A stretch of 60,421 bases of DNA, filler included, from Dugesia japonica (lineage: Eukaryota), in NCBI GenBank assembly GCA_001938525.1. It is 4 parts of 4 records of this genome, joined end to end, with 100 filler letters (N's around TTAATTAATTAA, not from the genome) between each part and the next. Parts side by side here need not be neighbours in the genome. Positions count along the whole stretch, not along the records: positions 30,866 to 43,326 come from MQRL01647052.1; positions 43,427 to 60,421 come from MQRL01643967.1; 2 more parts are not named here. One strand, written 5' to 3'. Shown here one piece after another: positions 41,901 to 52,746 of this stretch. Below the pieces are notes generated by a model. It did no database searches and was not told where the DNA came from. It saw only the letters and a list, made by a program, of their open reading frames with translations. Positions within the stretch are counted from its first letter, which is position 1, and the number at the start of each line of letters is the position of its first letter. A program made the translations under genes and the position numbers.

Positions 41901-42550
41901 TTACTGTAAATAAATATTATTGATACTATTTCAGTATCTTAATTTTTCTGTCTGGTTTTGTAAATTCATCATCTCTTTATTTTTTTTCAGTGCTACGAAT
42001 TCAGTTACCCACTAGTCTTAAACAGAGTCATCGTTTAATCCAGAAGCTCCCATTGAAAAGGCATATTAATAGACAAAATAAACGCGCACTGCTCAAACAT
42101 CTCAACCATAGAAATATATTAATCAAAAAATTGGATATCAAAATTAAAAACAAGGGAAGTTGGCGGAGCGTTCCAAACAGATGTTGGAGAATAAGATAAA
42201 TTTCCTAAATGGTAATATTACTGATTTGTCCACCCGTCTCGAGCTAGGCTCATGGACTAGGTGGAATAGTGATGATGATGAGGCCACCTTCGATTTTGAG
42301 AATGGCGAGGCCACCCAGTGGTTAGACCCTGGGGCATTAAGTTATATGTAAATAAATAAAATTTTCTTGTAACGTTGTTGTTGAAATTAATTTATTAATC
42401 ACTAAAATTAATATAATGGGGAATTAATGAACCCAAAATAAAGGTGTACGAGTGTTTAATTCAAGTCAGCGTTTGAAGTCAACCACTCTGCACCGATGAC
42501 CTAATTACGGACATTAGGTAAGTTCTTGGACGGGTCACATGAGGGCTGTC

Positions 42551-43325
42551 TTTTCCCCAGTCGATCATTTTTTTTCTAACAACTTACTCAGGTGGAACCC
42601 CAACAATATGGATATTTACACTATTATGTACATCAGAATAATATTAAAAATCTAATATGATATGCTCAATAATCGTTTTGAGCATAATTAACTATTACTT
42701 TTAATTTTTATATAATTTTTTAAAGTTATCATTTTATTTACATTTTTATTGTCTAACCCTTATCATTAATATACGTCTTTAATTGATCCATGAATATCTT
42801 TATGTTTATAGTTATTTATATTATATAATATTTTATATATAATTAATATTTTTACTTAATTAATTATTTGCCATAATATAAATATTTAATTTTATTTTTT
42901 AATGATTTTCTTATTGTTTACTTCATGTAAACTAATAAAGCGCTTTTTGTTTATTCAGGGATTCGATGATTGATGGTTGTTTCTATTCATTTCATGTTCT
43001 TTATCAAATGTCAATAACTACTGAGACCACATGGTTCACTCATGTCAAACAAACTAATAATTAGTTCATTTCTCAAAAGGTATAAATAGCTGGTTTTTTT
43101 TCATTATTTTTTATTTTTATTACTCACTTTGGTTTATTACTCACATTCGTCGATTTTTGGGTAATTTTTAATTTTTTTAAATACTTCTTTATTATTATTG
43201 TTAATTTGTTTTAACTAATATTATAAATATTTTTCTTAAAATTCTACTTCGATGTTTCTTATTATAATTACTTTCGTTGGGGTTCCACCTGAGTTACCTA
43301 TCAAAAAATGGTTGGCTGGGGAAAA
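42551..43325. repeat. Inverted repeat pair (42551-42604 / 43276-43325)
   Basis: TTTTCCCCAG..CATTTTTT..ACTCAGGTGGAACCCCAAC and its reverse complement. The right arm is cut by the contig gap. Confidence 0.75.
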
Positions 43326-43426
43326 ANNNNNNNNNNNNNNNNNNNNNNNNNNNNNNNNNNNNNNNNNNNNTTAATTAATTAANNNNNNNNNNNNNNNNNN
43401 NNNNNNNNNNNNNNNNNNNNNNNNNN

Positions 43427-43974
43427 AAATTATTAAATGTCTTCTGTGAAATATTAAATCTAAAATGTTAAATGTTTTTATGTCAGTCACGAATATTAAA
43501 ATATTAAATATTATTGTCCGAATCCATATGAAAAATCTAAAATATTAAAATATTAAATGTTTTTATGTCAGTCACGAATATTAAATTTTAAATATTATTG
43601 TCCGAATCCATATGAAAAATCTAAAATCTAAAACTGTATTATTAAATATTTATATATAAAAATGAATCCATTATTCTGTGAAATTTGTAATAAAAGATTT
43701 TTACATCAAAATCATGCAAGAACTCATTTTAATTCTTTAAAACATAAACAAAAAGTTATTAAATTTAATTTTAAACAGTTACCTGGTGAAGAAACACTTG
43801 ATTTTGATCCTGAAATTAGAGATATTTTAAAAATTTATAGAGATCATGAAATAACTTATTTATTAAATAGTAAAGTTGAAATGAAATTAAATGTTGATGA
43901 AAATTATGAACCTGTCAGAGAAATTGATGTTTTTAAAAAAGAAATTAAACAAATTGTTACAAAATATTTTAAAT
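43427..43974 (+). repeat. Left TIR of the Polinton (contains a ~85-bp tandem repeat and the first 104 codons of polB)
   Basis: 43553-43974 is the reverse complement of 60000-60421 with about 3 mismatches. TAAATGTTTTTATGTCAGTCACGAATATT...CATATGAAAAATCTAAAAT occurs twice. Confidence 0.95.
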
Positions 43975-46900
43975 TTGTAAAACAAATAAATGTAAGTATG
44001 ATAGTAAAATGTAAATATTTAAAAGAAGACCGTGAAAGAGATTTAAATTCATATTCATCTAGTAAAATAATTACAATTAAANNNNNNNNNNNNNNNNNNN
44101 NNNNNNNNNNNNNNNNNNNNNNNNNNNNNNNNNNNNNNNNNNNNNNNNNNNNNNNNNNNNNNNNNNNNNNNNNNNNNNNTATTATTGATTACACTTTATA
44201 TTTAAATAAATATAAATCAAAAGCTGGTGCAACATATTACAAATTACCATTTACAAAACAAGGTGTTATTAATATTGAAAATAAAGATAATAAATGTTTT
44301 TTATATTCAATCCTAGCACATAAATATCCAGTTGTTAATCCAACACGTGTAAATAATTACATTCCACATTTAACAGAATTAAAATCAGATTTTGAATTTC
44401 CAATGAAAATAATTGATATTCCTAAATTTGAGAAATTAAATAATTATAAAATTAATGTTTTCAGTGTCACTGCTAACAAAAAACTTGAACCACTTTACAT
44501 TTCACATCATACTAGAAATCCTAAATCTGAAGAAAATAAATGTAATCTTTTAATTTATAAAAATCATTATGTTTTATGTCGAGATTTNNNNNNNNNNNNN
44601 NNNNNNNNNNNNNNNNNNNNNNNNNNNNNNNNNNNNNNNNNNNNNNNNNNNNNNNNNNNNNNNNNNNNNNNNNNNNNNNNNNNNNNNNNNNNNNNNNNNN
44701 NNNNNNNNNNNNNNNNNNNNNNNNNNNNNNNNNNNNNNNNNNNNNNNNNNNNNNNNNNNNNNNNNNNNNNNNNNNNNNNNNNNNNNNNNNNNNNNNNNNN
44801 NNNNNNNNNNNNNNNNNNNNNNNNNNNNNNNNNNNNNNNNNNNNNNNNNNNNNNNNNNNNNNNNNNNNNNNNNNNNNNNNNNNNNNNNNNNNNNNNNNNN
44901 NNTCTAATGAAATCTGAATATTATTGTTTTACAGGTGAAAATATTTATCTAGAATTCTTTAAATTTTTAGATGACACTAATAATAAATTACAAGAGATTA
45001 AAGATAATAAGTTAATAAAAAGATATACAGGAAATGAAATATTTAATAATGAATTATGTTATTATTGTAATAAAATAATCACCGACACTCCAGTTAGAGA
45101 TCATAATCATTTTACAGGTGAATTTCGAGGTTTTTCATGTAATACTTGTAATATTAATGATTAAGTGTTAAGAATTTATTTATTCCATTTTATTTTCATA
45201 ATGCATCTGGTTATGATAATCATTTATTTTTCAAAGAATTATTATTAAAATTTCAAGGTAAAGTTAAAAAAATAATTCCACATTCTTCAGAAAATTATAT
45301 TTCATTTCAATATGAAAATATTAAATTCCTAGATTCAGCTAGATTACTTCCATTTACATCTATAGAAACTATGGGTAATTTGTTAACATCTTGCAATAAA
45401 TATCCAATATTAAAATCATTCAACCTAAAACCTAAAAAAGTAATATTTTCATATGAATATGTAAAAGGTAAAAATATCACAGAAGTCATTAATTTATTAA
45501 AATCTAACAGAATTCCAATGAAACAAGATTTTTTTAACACTCTAACTCAAAAAGAAATATCTGATCAAGAATATCAAGAATTTAAAAATGATTTTAAAGA
45601 TTTTCAAAATATGTGGAATTATCTTCTGTATTATATGAAATTAGATGTGTTAATTTTATCTGATTTCCTTGAAAATTTTAGAGTTTCATGTTTAAATAAT
45701 ATTTTAAAATTAGATCCTTGTTATTCATATTCTGTACCAGGATATTCATGGGAAACTGGAATGTTAAATGCAAATGTTAAATTAAAATATGCTAAATCTG
45801 AAACTTATGATATGTTCTTAACAATTGAATCTGGAATTAGAGGTGGATTTTCAGGTGTACTAGGTGAACGTCAAGTCTTTTCAAATAATAGTAAATTTAT
45901 TAAATATATTGATGAAAATTCATTATATGCTAGTTGCATGACAAAATCACTTCCAACAGGTGAACTTGTTAATTGTGAAGATTTAACATATCAAACTGCA
46001 ACTGAAAATATTAATTTTATTTATGAAGTTGACCTTGAATATCCAAAAGAATTACATGATAAAACTAAATATTTCCCATTATGTCCTGAAAGAATAAATA
46101 TTACAAATGACATGTTAAGTAATTACCAGTTAAGTTTTAATAAGAAAATATTAAATGATAACATTAAACTAACATTAAATCAATTCGATAAAAAAAATTA
46201 TATAGTTCTTGGATCAACTTTAGAACTTTATTTAAAACTTGGAATGAAACTTATAAAAATTCTTAAGAAAATTCAAATGAAAACATCTACATGGTTTAAA
46301 GATCATGTTCATAGATTAATTACCCTAAGAAAAGAATCTAAAATAATTAAAGATGTTTTCGGTGATTATATTTATAAATTAATGTTAAATGCTTTCTATG
46401 GAAAAACACTAGAAAATATTAGAAATCGTTGTAATATTGAAATTTTTGATACTGACAAAGCATATCAAAGATTTGCATTTAAAGTTAATTTTAAATCATC
46501 TAAAATTTTCACTTTAAATGATTCAAATGAAGCCACAGTTGCTGCAATTAATATGATAAAGAATAAATTAAAATATAATAAATTTCCATATATTGGATTC
46601 ACAATTCTAGAATATGCTAAAGAAGTAATGTATGATTTTATTTATAATCAAATGCAACCTTTAATATCCCAAGATAACTATAAAATTCATTATACTGACA
46701 GTGTTACATTTGACACTCCAATATTACTAAGAAAAGATAATAAAATAATAATTAAAAAGATATCTGAGATCTGTAATAATTATATAAAAAACATTTATGA
46801 TGACAAATATTATTCTTATCCTGAAAATTATGAAATTTGGACTAAAAGTGGATTCATTAAATTAAAAAAAGTAATTAAAAATAAAACAAATAAAAAGATT

Positions 46901-47773
46901 TATAGAATAAGAACTAAATTAGGAATTGTTGATGTAACAGAAGATCATTCATTATTAAATNNNNNNNNNNNNNNNNNNNNNNNNNNNNNNNNNNNNNNTG
47001 AAACTAAATTATTACACAATAAATTTAAAACATTAATATCTTTAAATAATAAATTTACATGTGACATTTTAAATAAAACAATTCAAGATAAAATATCTTT
47101 ATCTAAAGCTTATTATTTAGGAACATCTTTAGGAATGAATTTAATTGATACAGAAGATTTTAAAATTCAAGAAGTAAAATCAGAAATTGAAACTAATCTA
47201 CAAACCGTAAGATTTTTAAGAGAAAATCTAGAAGATGTATATGATATTGAAACTGAAGATGGAACATTTAATTGTGGATTTCCATTGATAATAAAAAATA
47301 CCGATTGTATCTTTGTTGAAATAAAACATAAAGATAATCTTTTAAAATTAGAAAGTTTACTTGGTGATAATTTATTTCAAATGAAAGATGAAAAACCTAA
47401 TTGTGAAATATTACAAGGTAATTTTATAAAATCAAAATCTTATGCTTATTCTTACACTGAAACCCATAAAGCAGGTTTCGATTCTAGAAATAAAGGTGTT
47501 AAGAAAAATAATAAATTATTAATGGATGATTTTGATTTAATATTAAAAGATTCAAATAAAATATTTTATGGGACAAATTATACTTTAAAATCAGATTGTC
47601 ATGAAATTGAATTAATAAGTCAAAAGAAAATTGTATTAATTGCATTTGATGATAAAAGAATCATTGAAGATAATGCAATTATAACATGGCCACATGGAAA
47701 TCAATATCACTGTGAAAAATGCGGTATTTATCATTTTAGATTAGATTTAATAAATAAATGCCTAAATTGTTAA
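43662..47773 (+). CDS. polB: Protein-primed family B DNA polymerase with N-terminal C2H2 finger, terminal-protein region and endonuclease VII domain. Frameshift near 45160; contains an intein
   Basis: CEICNK..H..H finger; DNKCFLYSILA; VRDHNHFTGEFRGFSCNTCN (Endo VII); FHNASGYDNH and FLDS in the downstream frame before ATG 45371; IRGG; DENSLY (motif A); KLMLNAFYGK (motif B); YTD|TDC (motif C); KSY; KGV; FDDKR. Confidence 0.95.
46700..47299 (+). mobile_element. Mini-intein (~200 aa) in PolB motif C
   Basis: Block A SVTFDTPILL, block B DVTEDHSLL (TxxH), block F VYDIET, block G IIKN followed by +1 Thr. Removing it restores HYTD-TDCIFV. It contains a 38-N gap and no intact LAGLIDADG motifs. Confidence 0.93.
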
Positions 47774-47789
47774 ATAATAATATTAATAA

Positions 47790-48326
47790 ATGAGTGATAT
47801 AACTGAAGAAGAATTAGAAAGAATAGTTAATTCTAAAAAATGTAAATCAGTTAAGATCAATGGTAAAAATTATTATATTTCTAAAAAGGTTAAAGATGAA
47901 GTTAAATCCCGAAAATCCCAGTGGGACCCTAAAGAAGGTGGATTTGCATTTTTAGCTGCAATACCTTGGGTAATTGGCGCTTTAGCAAGTTCAGCTGGAG
48001 TTGCATCTGGAATTGCAGGTACAGTTGCAAGTTCTAGAGATGCTATTAAAAAGAAAAAAGAATCAGAATTAATTGATATACAGAAACAAAATGAAATCCA
48101 TAAAGGCAAAGAACTTATAAAAAAATCTACTCCAGTTCCAACACCAACAACAGGATCTGGTATTTTTTTAAATCCATATCAAGGTTCAGCAATTCATAAA
48201 TATTTAAAAAATATAATTCCAAATTCAGATTTAAAACTATTAACTAAAAATTTTAAAGGTGGCATTGAAATTAGTAAAAATGGAAATGACATNTATTTAA
48301 ATCCTTATAAAAAGGATGAATTGTGA
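47790..48326 (+). CDS. pX-like core/membrane-active protein
   Basis: GGFAFLAAIPWVIGALASSAGVASGIAG resembles the adenoviral pX/Polinton hydrophobic segment. It has possible adenain sites (EGG|F, GSG|I, KGG|I) and a repeated LNPY. Confidence 0.7.
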   Translation: MSDITEEELERIVNSKKCKSVKINGKNYYISKKVKDEVKSRKSQWDPKEGGFAFLAAIPWVIGALASSAGVASGIAGTVASSRDAIKKKKESELIDIQKQNEIHKGKELIKKSTPVPTPTTGSGIFLNPYQGSAIHKYLKNIIPNSDLKLLTKNFKGGIEISKNGNDXYLNPYKKDEL

Positions 48327-49275
48327 AGAAGTACATGAAAGAATTAAATTGTTAAAATCACTAGTTGAATCTCAAAAGAAATATAGTAATTTTTATTGTC
48401 CAGAAATAAAAGATGAATCTTTAATAGAATCAATAAAAGAACCAATAAAAGAACCAATAATAGAAGAAGAACCTATAAAAGAACCAATAATAGAACCAAT
48501 AATAGCACGTAAAAAATCACCTAGAAAACTTACATCAAAACAAAAAATAATACAGTTGTTAAAAGATAAAATTAAAAATAACGAAGAAGATTTTACTGAT
48601 TTTACTACAGAAAAAGATATTCACAAATTCTTATCACAAGAAAATATAATACCATTTACAATATTTTTAAACCCCTCAGAAGAAAATTTAACACCATTAA
48701 CAACACCTATTATAGAAGAAATAACAGTTAATTCTAAAACATTTACAACAATTAAATTTCCAAATAATGATAATTTGATATATTTAGTAAAAGAAAATAA
48801 AAATAATTATTATTATTATAGATCAGAAACATTACCTTTTTGGTATAAATATAAACATGTAATTTTGGGAGATAAAAATTTAATAGATAAAGAAGATAGT
48901 ACAACAAAAGAATTTATTATGTTATATGTAACTGAACTGACAAAAATAGGATTAAAGTATGATAAAGATGAATATTGTAAATTTTTATTAACTAGAAAAC
49001 AAGGTAGACCTCCAAAAAGAACATTTATGGAAGAAATAGAAGATTCAGATACAGAATATATAGAACCAGAACCAGAAGCAAAATATGAAGAAAAATATGG
49101 TTATGCTGTTGGTCCAATAAATTTATTTGAAAAGTTAACATTATTAATTTCAGCTGTAAAATCTGGACATGATAATCTTAATGAAGATATTAAAAAAGTA
49201 TGTAAACAATTAAAATCTCAAGGTTTATTATCTAAAAAGATTTATTTAAGATATAAAATGAAATATTTTAAGTGA
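48316..49275 (+). CDS. Polinton hypothetical protein
   Basis: 319-aa ORF with EPI(K/I) repeats. The C-terminal LFEKLTLLISAVKSGHDNLNEDI..L resembles a motif common in Mavericks. Confidence 0.75.
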   Translation: MNCEEVHERIKLLKSLVESQKKYSNFYCPEIKDESLIESIKEPIKEPIIEEEPIKEPIIEPIIARKKSPRKLTSKQKIIQLLKDKIKNNEEDFTDFTTEKDIHKFLSQENIIPFTIFLNPSEENLTPLTTPIIEEITVNSKTFTTIKFPNNDNLIYLVKENKNNYYYYRSETLPFWYKYKHVILGDKNLIDKEDSTTKEFIMLYVTELTKIGLKYDKDEYCKFLLTRKQGRPPKRTFMEEIEDSDTEYIEPEPEAKYEEKYGYAVGPINLFEKLTLLISAVKSGHDNLNEDIKKVCKQLKSQGLLSKKIYLRYKMKYFK

Positions 49276-49313
49276 AACATGTTACATGTTACATTTTATA
49301 TTTAAAAAATAGC

Positions 49314-49986
49314 ATGTCACATCAATTCTTAGTTGTTGGAAAAGAACAAGAATTAATAATAGATTTAAAATATCCTATAGAATTAGATTCTGAATATGAA
49401 CTTGGATTGTTATGTTTTAGTGTTTACGATGTTATTTTTAATATTACAAAATTAAATAATGAATTTACAGTTGACAATAAAAATTATACACTTGAACCTG
49501 GATCTTATGAAGTTAAAGAAATTTCAGAAAAACTANNNNNNNNNNNNNNNNNNNNNNNNNNNNNNNNNNNNNNNNNNNNNNNNNNNNNNNNNNNNNNNNN
49601 NNNNNNNNNNNNNNNNNNNNNNNNNNNNNNNNNNNNNNNNNNNNNNNNNNNNNNNNNNNNNNNNNNNNNNNNNNNNNNNNNNNNNNNNNNNNNNNNNNNN
49701 NNNNNNNNNNNNNNNNNNNNNNNNNNNNNNNNNNNNNNNNNNNNNNNNNNNNNNNNNNGAAAAAGGAGAAACTGAACAAATAAATTTATTACATTCATTT
49801 CCAATTAATACGGTTGGTTTGGGATATAAAATCCTAGAAAGACCAGCTACACCAATTTATTCTAAAATTAATACTAATTACATTTCAAGATTAAAATTTA
49901 ATGTTGTAGATGAACATTTTAATACTATTGATTTTAGTCAAGAAACAATTACAGTTTTAGTTCATTTAAGAAAATATAGACATTAA
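49314..49986 (+). CDS. Minor capsid protein (penton, PX); middle gapped
   Basis: PIELDSEYELGL..FNIT..NN..LEPGSYE and LHSFP..GYKILERP..PIY..DEHFNTIDF.QETITVLVHLR. Confidence 0.85.
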
Positions 49987-50067
49987 AGAGTCATTTTTTA
50001 ATATAAAAGAGGTAGTTTTCTAGACATTCAAATCCAGAAATTATATTTAATATTTAATATTTAAGAA

Positions 50068-50500
50068 ATGAGTGAAGAAGATTATAATTTATTAGATTTT
50101 ATAAAAACATTTGGAACTCAAACAACAACAAATTTTGATTTATATTCAATTGCTGACTTTTTAGATTTACCTTTAGAGATTTATATGAAAAATGAAATAC
50201 CTGATATATTATCTGGAAATATTATATTTAATTATCAAAATTCAAATCAAAAGGGAACACATTGGACATGTTACAAGAATATATATTATTTTGATTCTTT
50301 TGGTTTAAAACCTTTAGATGAAATCGCGGAGCATACTAAAGTTTATAATGAAATTCAAGTGCAACATATTGGAACTAAAATATGTGGAATTTTATGTATT
50401 TATTTTTTTATATAAACTCGGAGAACAAAAATTTGAAAATATTATATCTGAAATGTTAGATCTTTATAATTCAATATTAGAAAAGAAGGAAGATGAATAA
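50068..50500 (+). CDS. Adenain-like cysteine protease (frameshift in T-run near 50405)
   Basis: GTHWTC, YFDSFG and QVQ....ICGILCIYF carry the catalytic H/D/Q/C. The C-terminus continues in the 50318-50500 frame. Confidence 0.9.
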
Positions 50501-52743
50501 GTTTGGAGAAAGTATTTTAAATGTAAATACAACACAATTGTTAAAAAATGTTAATGCTAAAATTAAAATGTCAGAAGCTCAAAATGAAAATAAATATGTA
50601 AATGAAACTGGTGATACAATAACATCTTTAAAAATAAAAGAAGATCCTAAAGATTTAAATGATGCTGTTAATTTAAAATATATAAAAACCCTTGAAGATA
50701 AATTACAAAAACATGAAATTCTTTTCAATAAATTATTAAAAGTTGATGGTTTTACAGTAAATAAATTATATTTAGAATCTAAAATTAATGAATTAAAAAC
50801 TTTGAATCTTGATATTTTAGATTTGAATAATAAAATTCAAAAATTAACAAAGAACTGTAATCAAGAAACATTTGACAAAATCAATTATGAGATTAAAAGA
50901 TTAAAACAAGAACTATTTCCATTTAAAAGAAGTGATTTAATTAATAAATTAAAAGAATTAGATACTCTTGATTCATCTAAAATAAAAAAAGAAATTGAGA
51001 TAATAAAAAGAAGAATTGACAAATTACATGAAGATATAGACAAGAAAACATTTGATATTTATATTATTTCTATTAATAATCTTAAAATCTATATCGGAAA
51101 ATTTAAACCTATAATTTTAAAATTAACTTCTGAAATTATAAATGTAAATGTAAACCAACATAAAATATATAGTGATAAAATTGATGCTGCATTTAAAAAA
51201 TATAAAGAAACACTTTCAGATTTAACATATAAAGATTTAAAAAGTTTAATTGATAATTATTTATCTTATGTACACAAATCTAATACTTATAAGATATTTT
51301 CAATTAATAATTATAAAAAAGATCAATATGTTGGTTATAATATTATGGATAAATATGTTAATGATTTTAATTTTATAAGAAAAAATTTAACCATTTACAT
51401 TGATGATGGATATTTTTATCTTAATAAACCTTTAGAAATTTATTTACATACAAAATTAAATGAAAAAATTAGTATAAGTATTACNNNNNNNNNNNNNNNN
51501 NNNNNNNNNNNNNNNNNNNNNNNNNNNNNNNNNNNNNNNNNNNNNNNNNNNNNNNNNNNNNNNNNNNNNNNNNNNNNNNNNNNNNNNNNNNNNNNNNNNN
51601 NNNNNNNNNNNGTAATAATTTTACCTGAAAATATTTTTATAAAGGAAATAAGTGTTAATTTATATAAATTAGAAACACTTGAAAAATTTAAAAAAGAATA
51701 TGAAATGAAAAAGTTTCATAAGTTACATAATGACAGAATTAATGGTTATTTTAAAACTTATAATTTTAAAGCATTAAGAGAAATGTTTGATAATTATTTA
51801 CCATATGTTAAAAGTAATAATCCTGATATCTTATTTTCAATTATTTCTAATAAAGAATTTAGTATTATAGATAAATATATTAATGGTTTTGATATAAAAA
51901 GTAAAAAAAAACATATTATTTTACATACAAAATTAAATTGTAAACTTATTATAACTATAGATGGAAAATGTGAGATTCAAAGATTTACATATGTCATTAA
52001 AATAAATCAAATTGCTGTTTCATTTTTATGTATTCCGTCTAAAGCCCAAAGGGACCCAGCTAAATATTTAACATTTATCGGAAAAGCAGTGAAATTTTAA
52101 TTGTTAGTAAAATAAATTTCATAGAAATAATTTTACCAGAAGTAGTTGACATGAATAATTTAAATATTAAATTAGTTGAGTTTAAAATTCCAGATGAAAC
52201 AATTAAAGAATATGAAAGAATAAAACCAGAACTTCATTTATCTCATGTTAACAGAATTAATCTTTTGATAAAAACTTATTTTGAAAATGGTGAAGAGTCA
52301 ACATTTAAAAGTATAAAAGAATTAATTGATAATTACTTACCTTATTATAATAGTAAATTAGAATTAAAATCAAAATTTTATTTTTGCATGGCTTGGATGA
52401 AAAATGATCTTCCTTGTTACGATATTGGTGAAGAAATAGAAAGAATAGATTTTAAAAGAAAAGGTAAAGTTATTAAATTAAAAAAAAACAACATTTTTGT
52501 CTATAAGAACCATTTGTTATATCTATAAAGTTTAAGACTATGATATCCACATCAATTTTTATAAATGGTTATTCTAAGAAAAGTTTTAAATATTACATTA
52601 AATATGATAATGAAATAAAAGAATATACTTCGACTACTAATAATGGTGAATTTGGGATAGAAAAATATAAATTTCGTTATGTAAATTTTATAGAATTAAC
52701 TTTACCTAAAGATATTTGCTTTGCTGCAATTTATTTCTTATAA
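50493..52743 (+). CDS. Putative fibre-like protein with three ~190-aa repeats, split by two frameshifts (~52098, ~52500)
   Basis: N-terminal YVNETGDTI..EDPKDLNDAVNLKY motif, coiled coil, then three repeats of (I/F)DNYL(S/P)Y...I(I/T)LP. The pieces join across frames. Confidence 0.65.
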
Positions 52744-52746
52744 GAA

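Noticed and set aside
43371-43382. TTAATTAATTAA as a biological motif or TSD
   Set aside because: Always flanked by exactly 44 N on each side, so it is an assembly linker.
44569-44917. ORFs spanning N runs (also 4246, 34901-35220, 49505-49804)
   Set aside because: Open only because of ambiguous bases.
46700-47299. Hedgehog/Hint auto-processing domain or spliceosomal intron instead of an intein
   Set aside because: The insert is in frame, has no GT-AG ends, sits exactly within a catalytic motif and has both splice-junction residue sets (Ser1; Asn plus +1 Thr).
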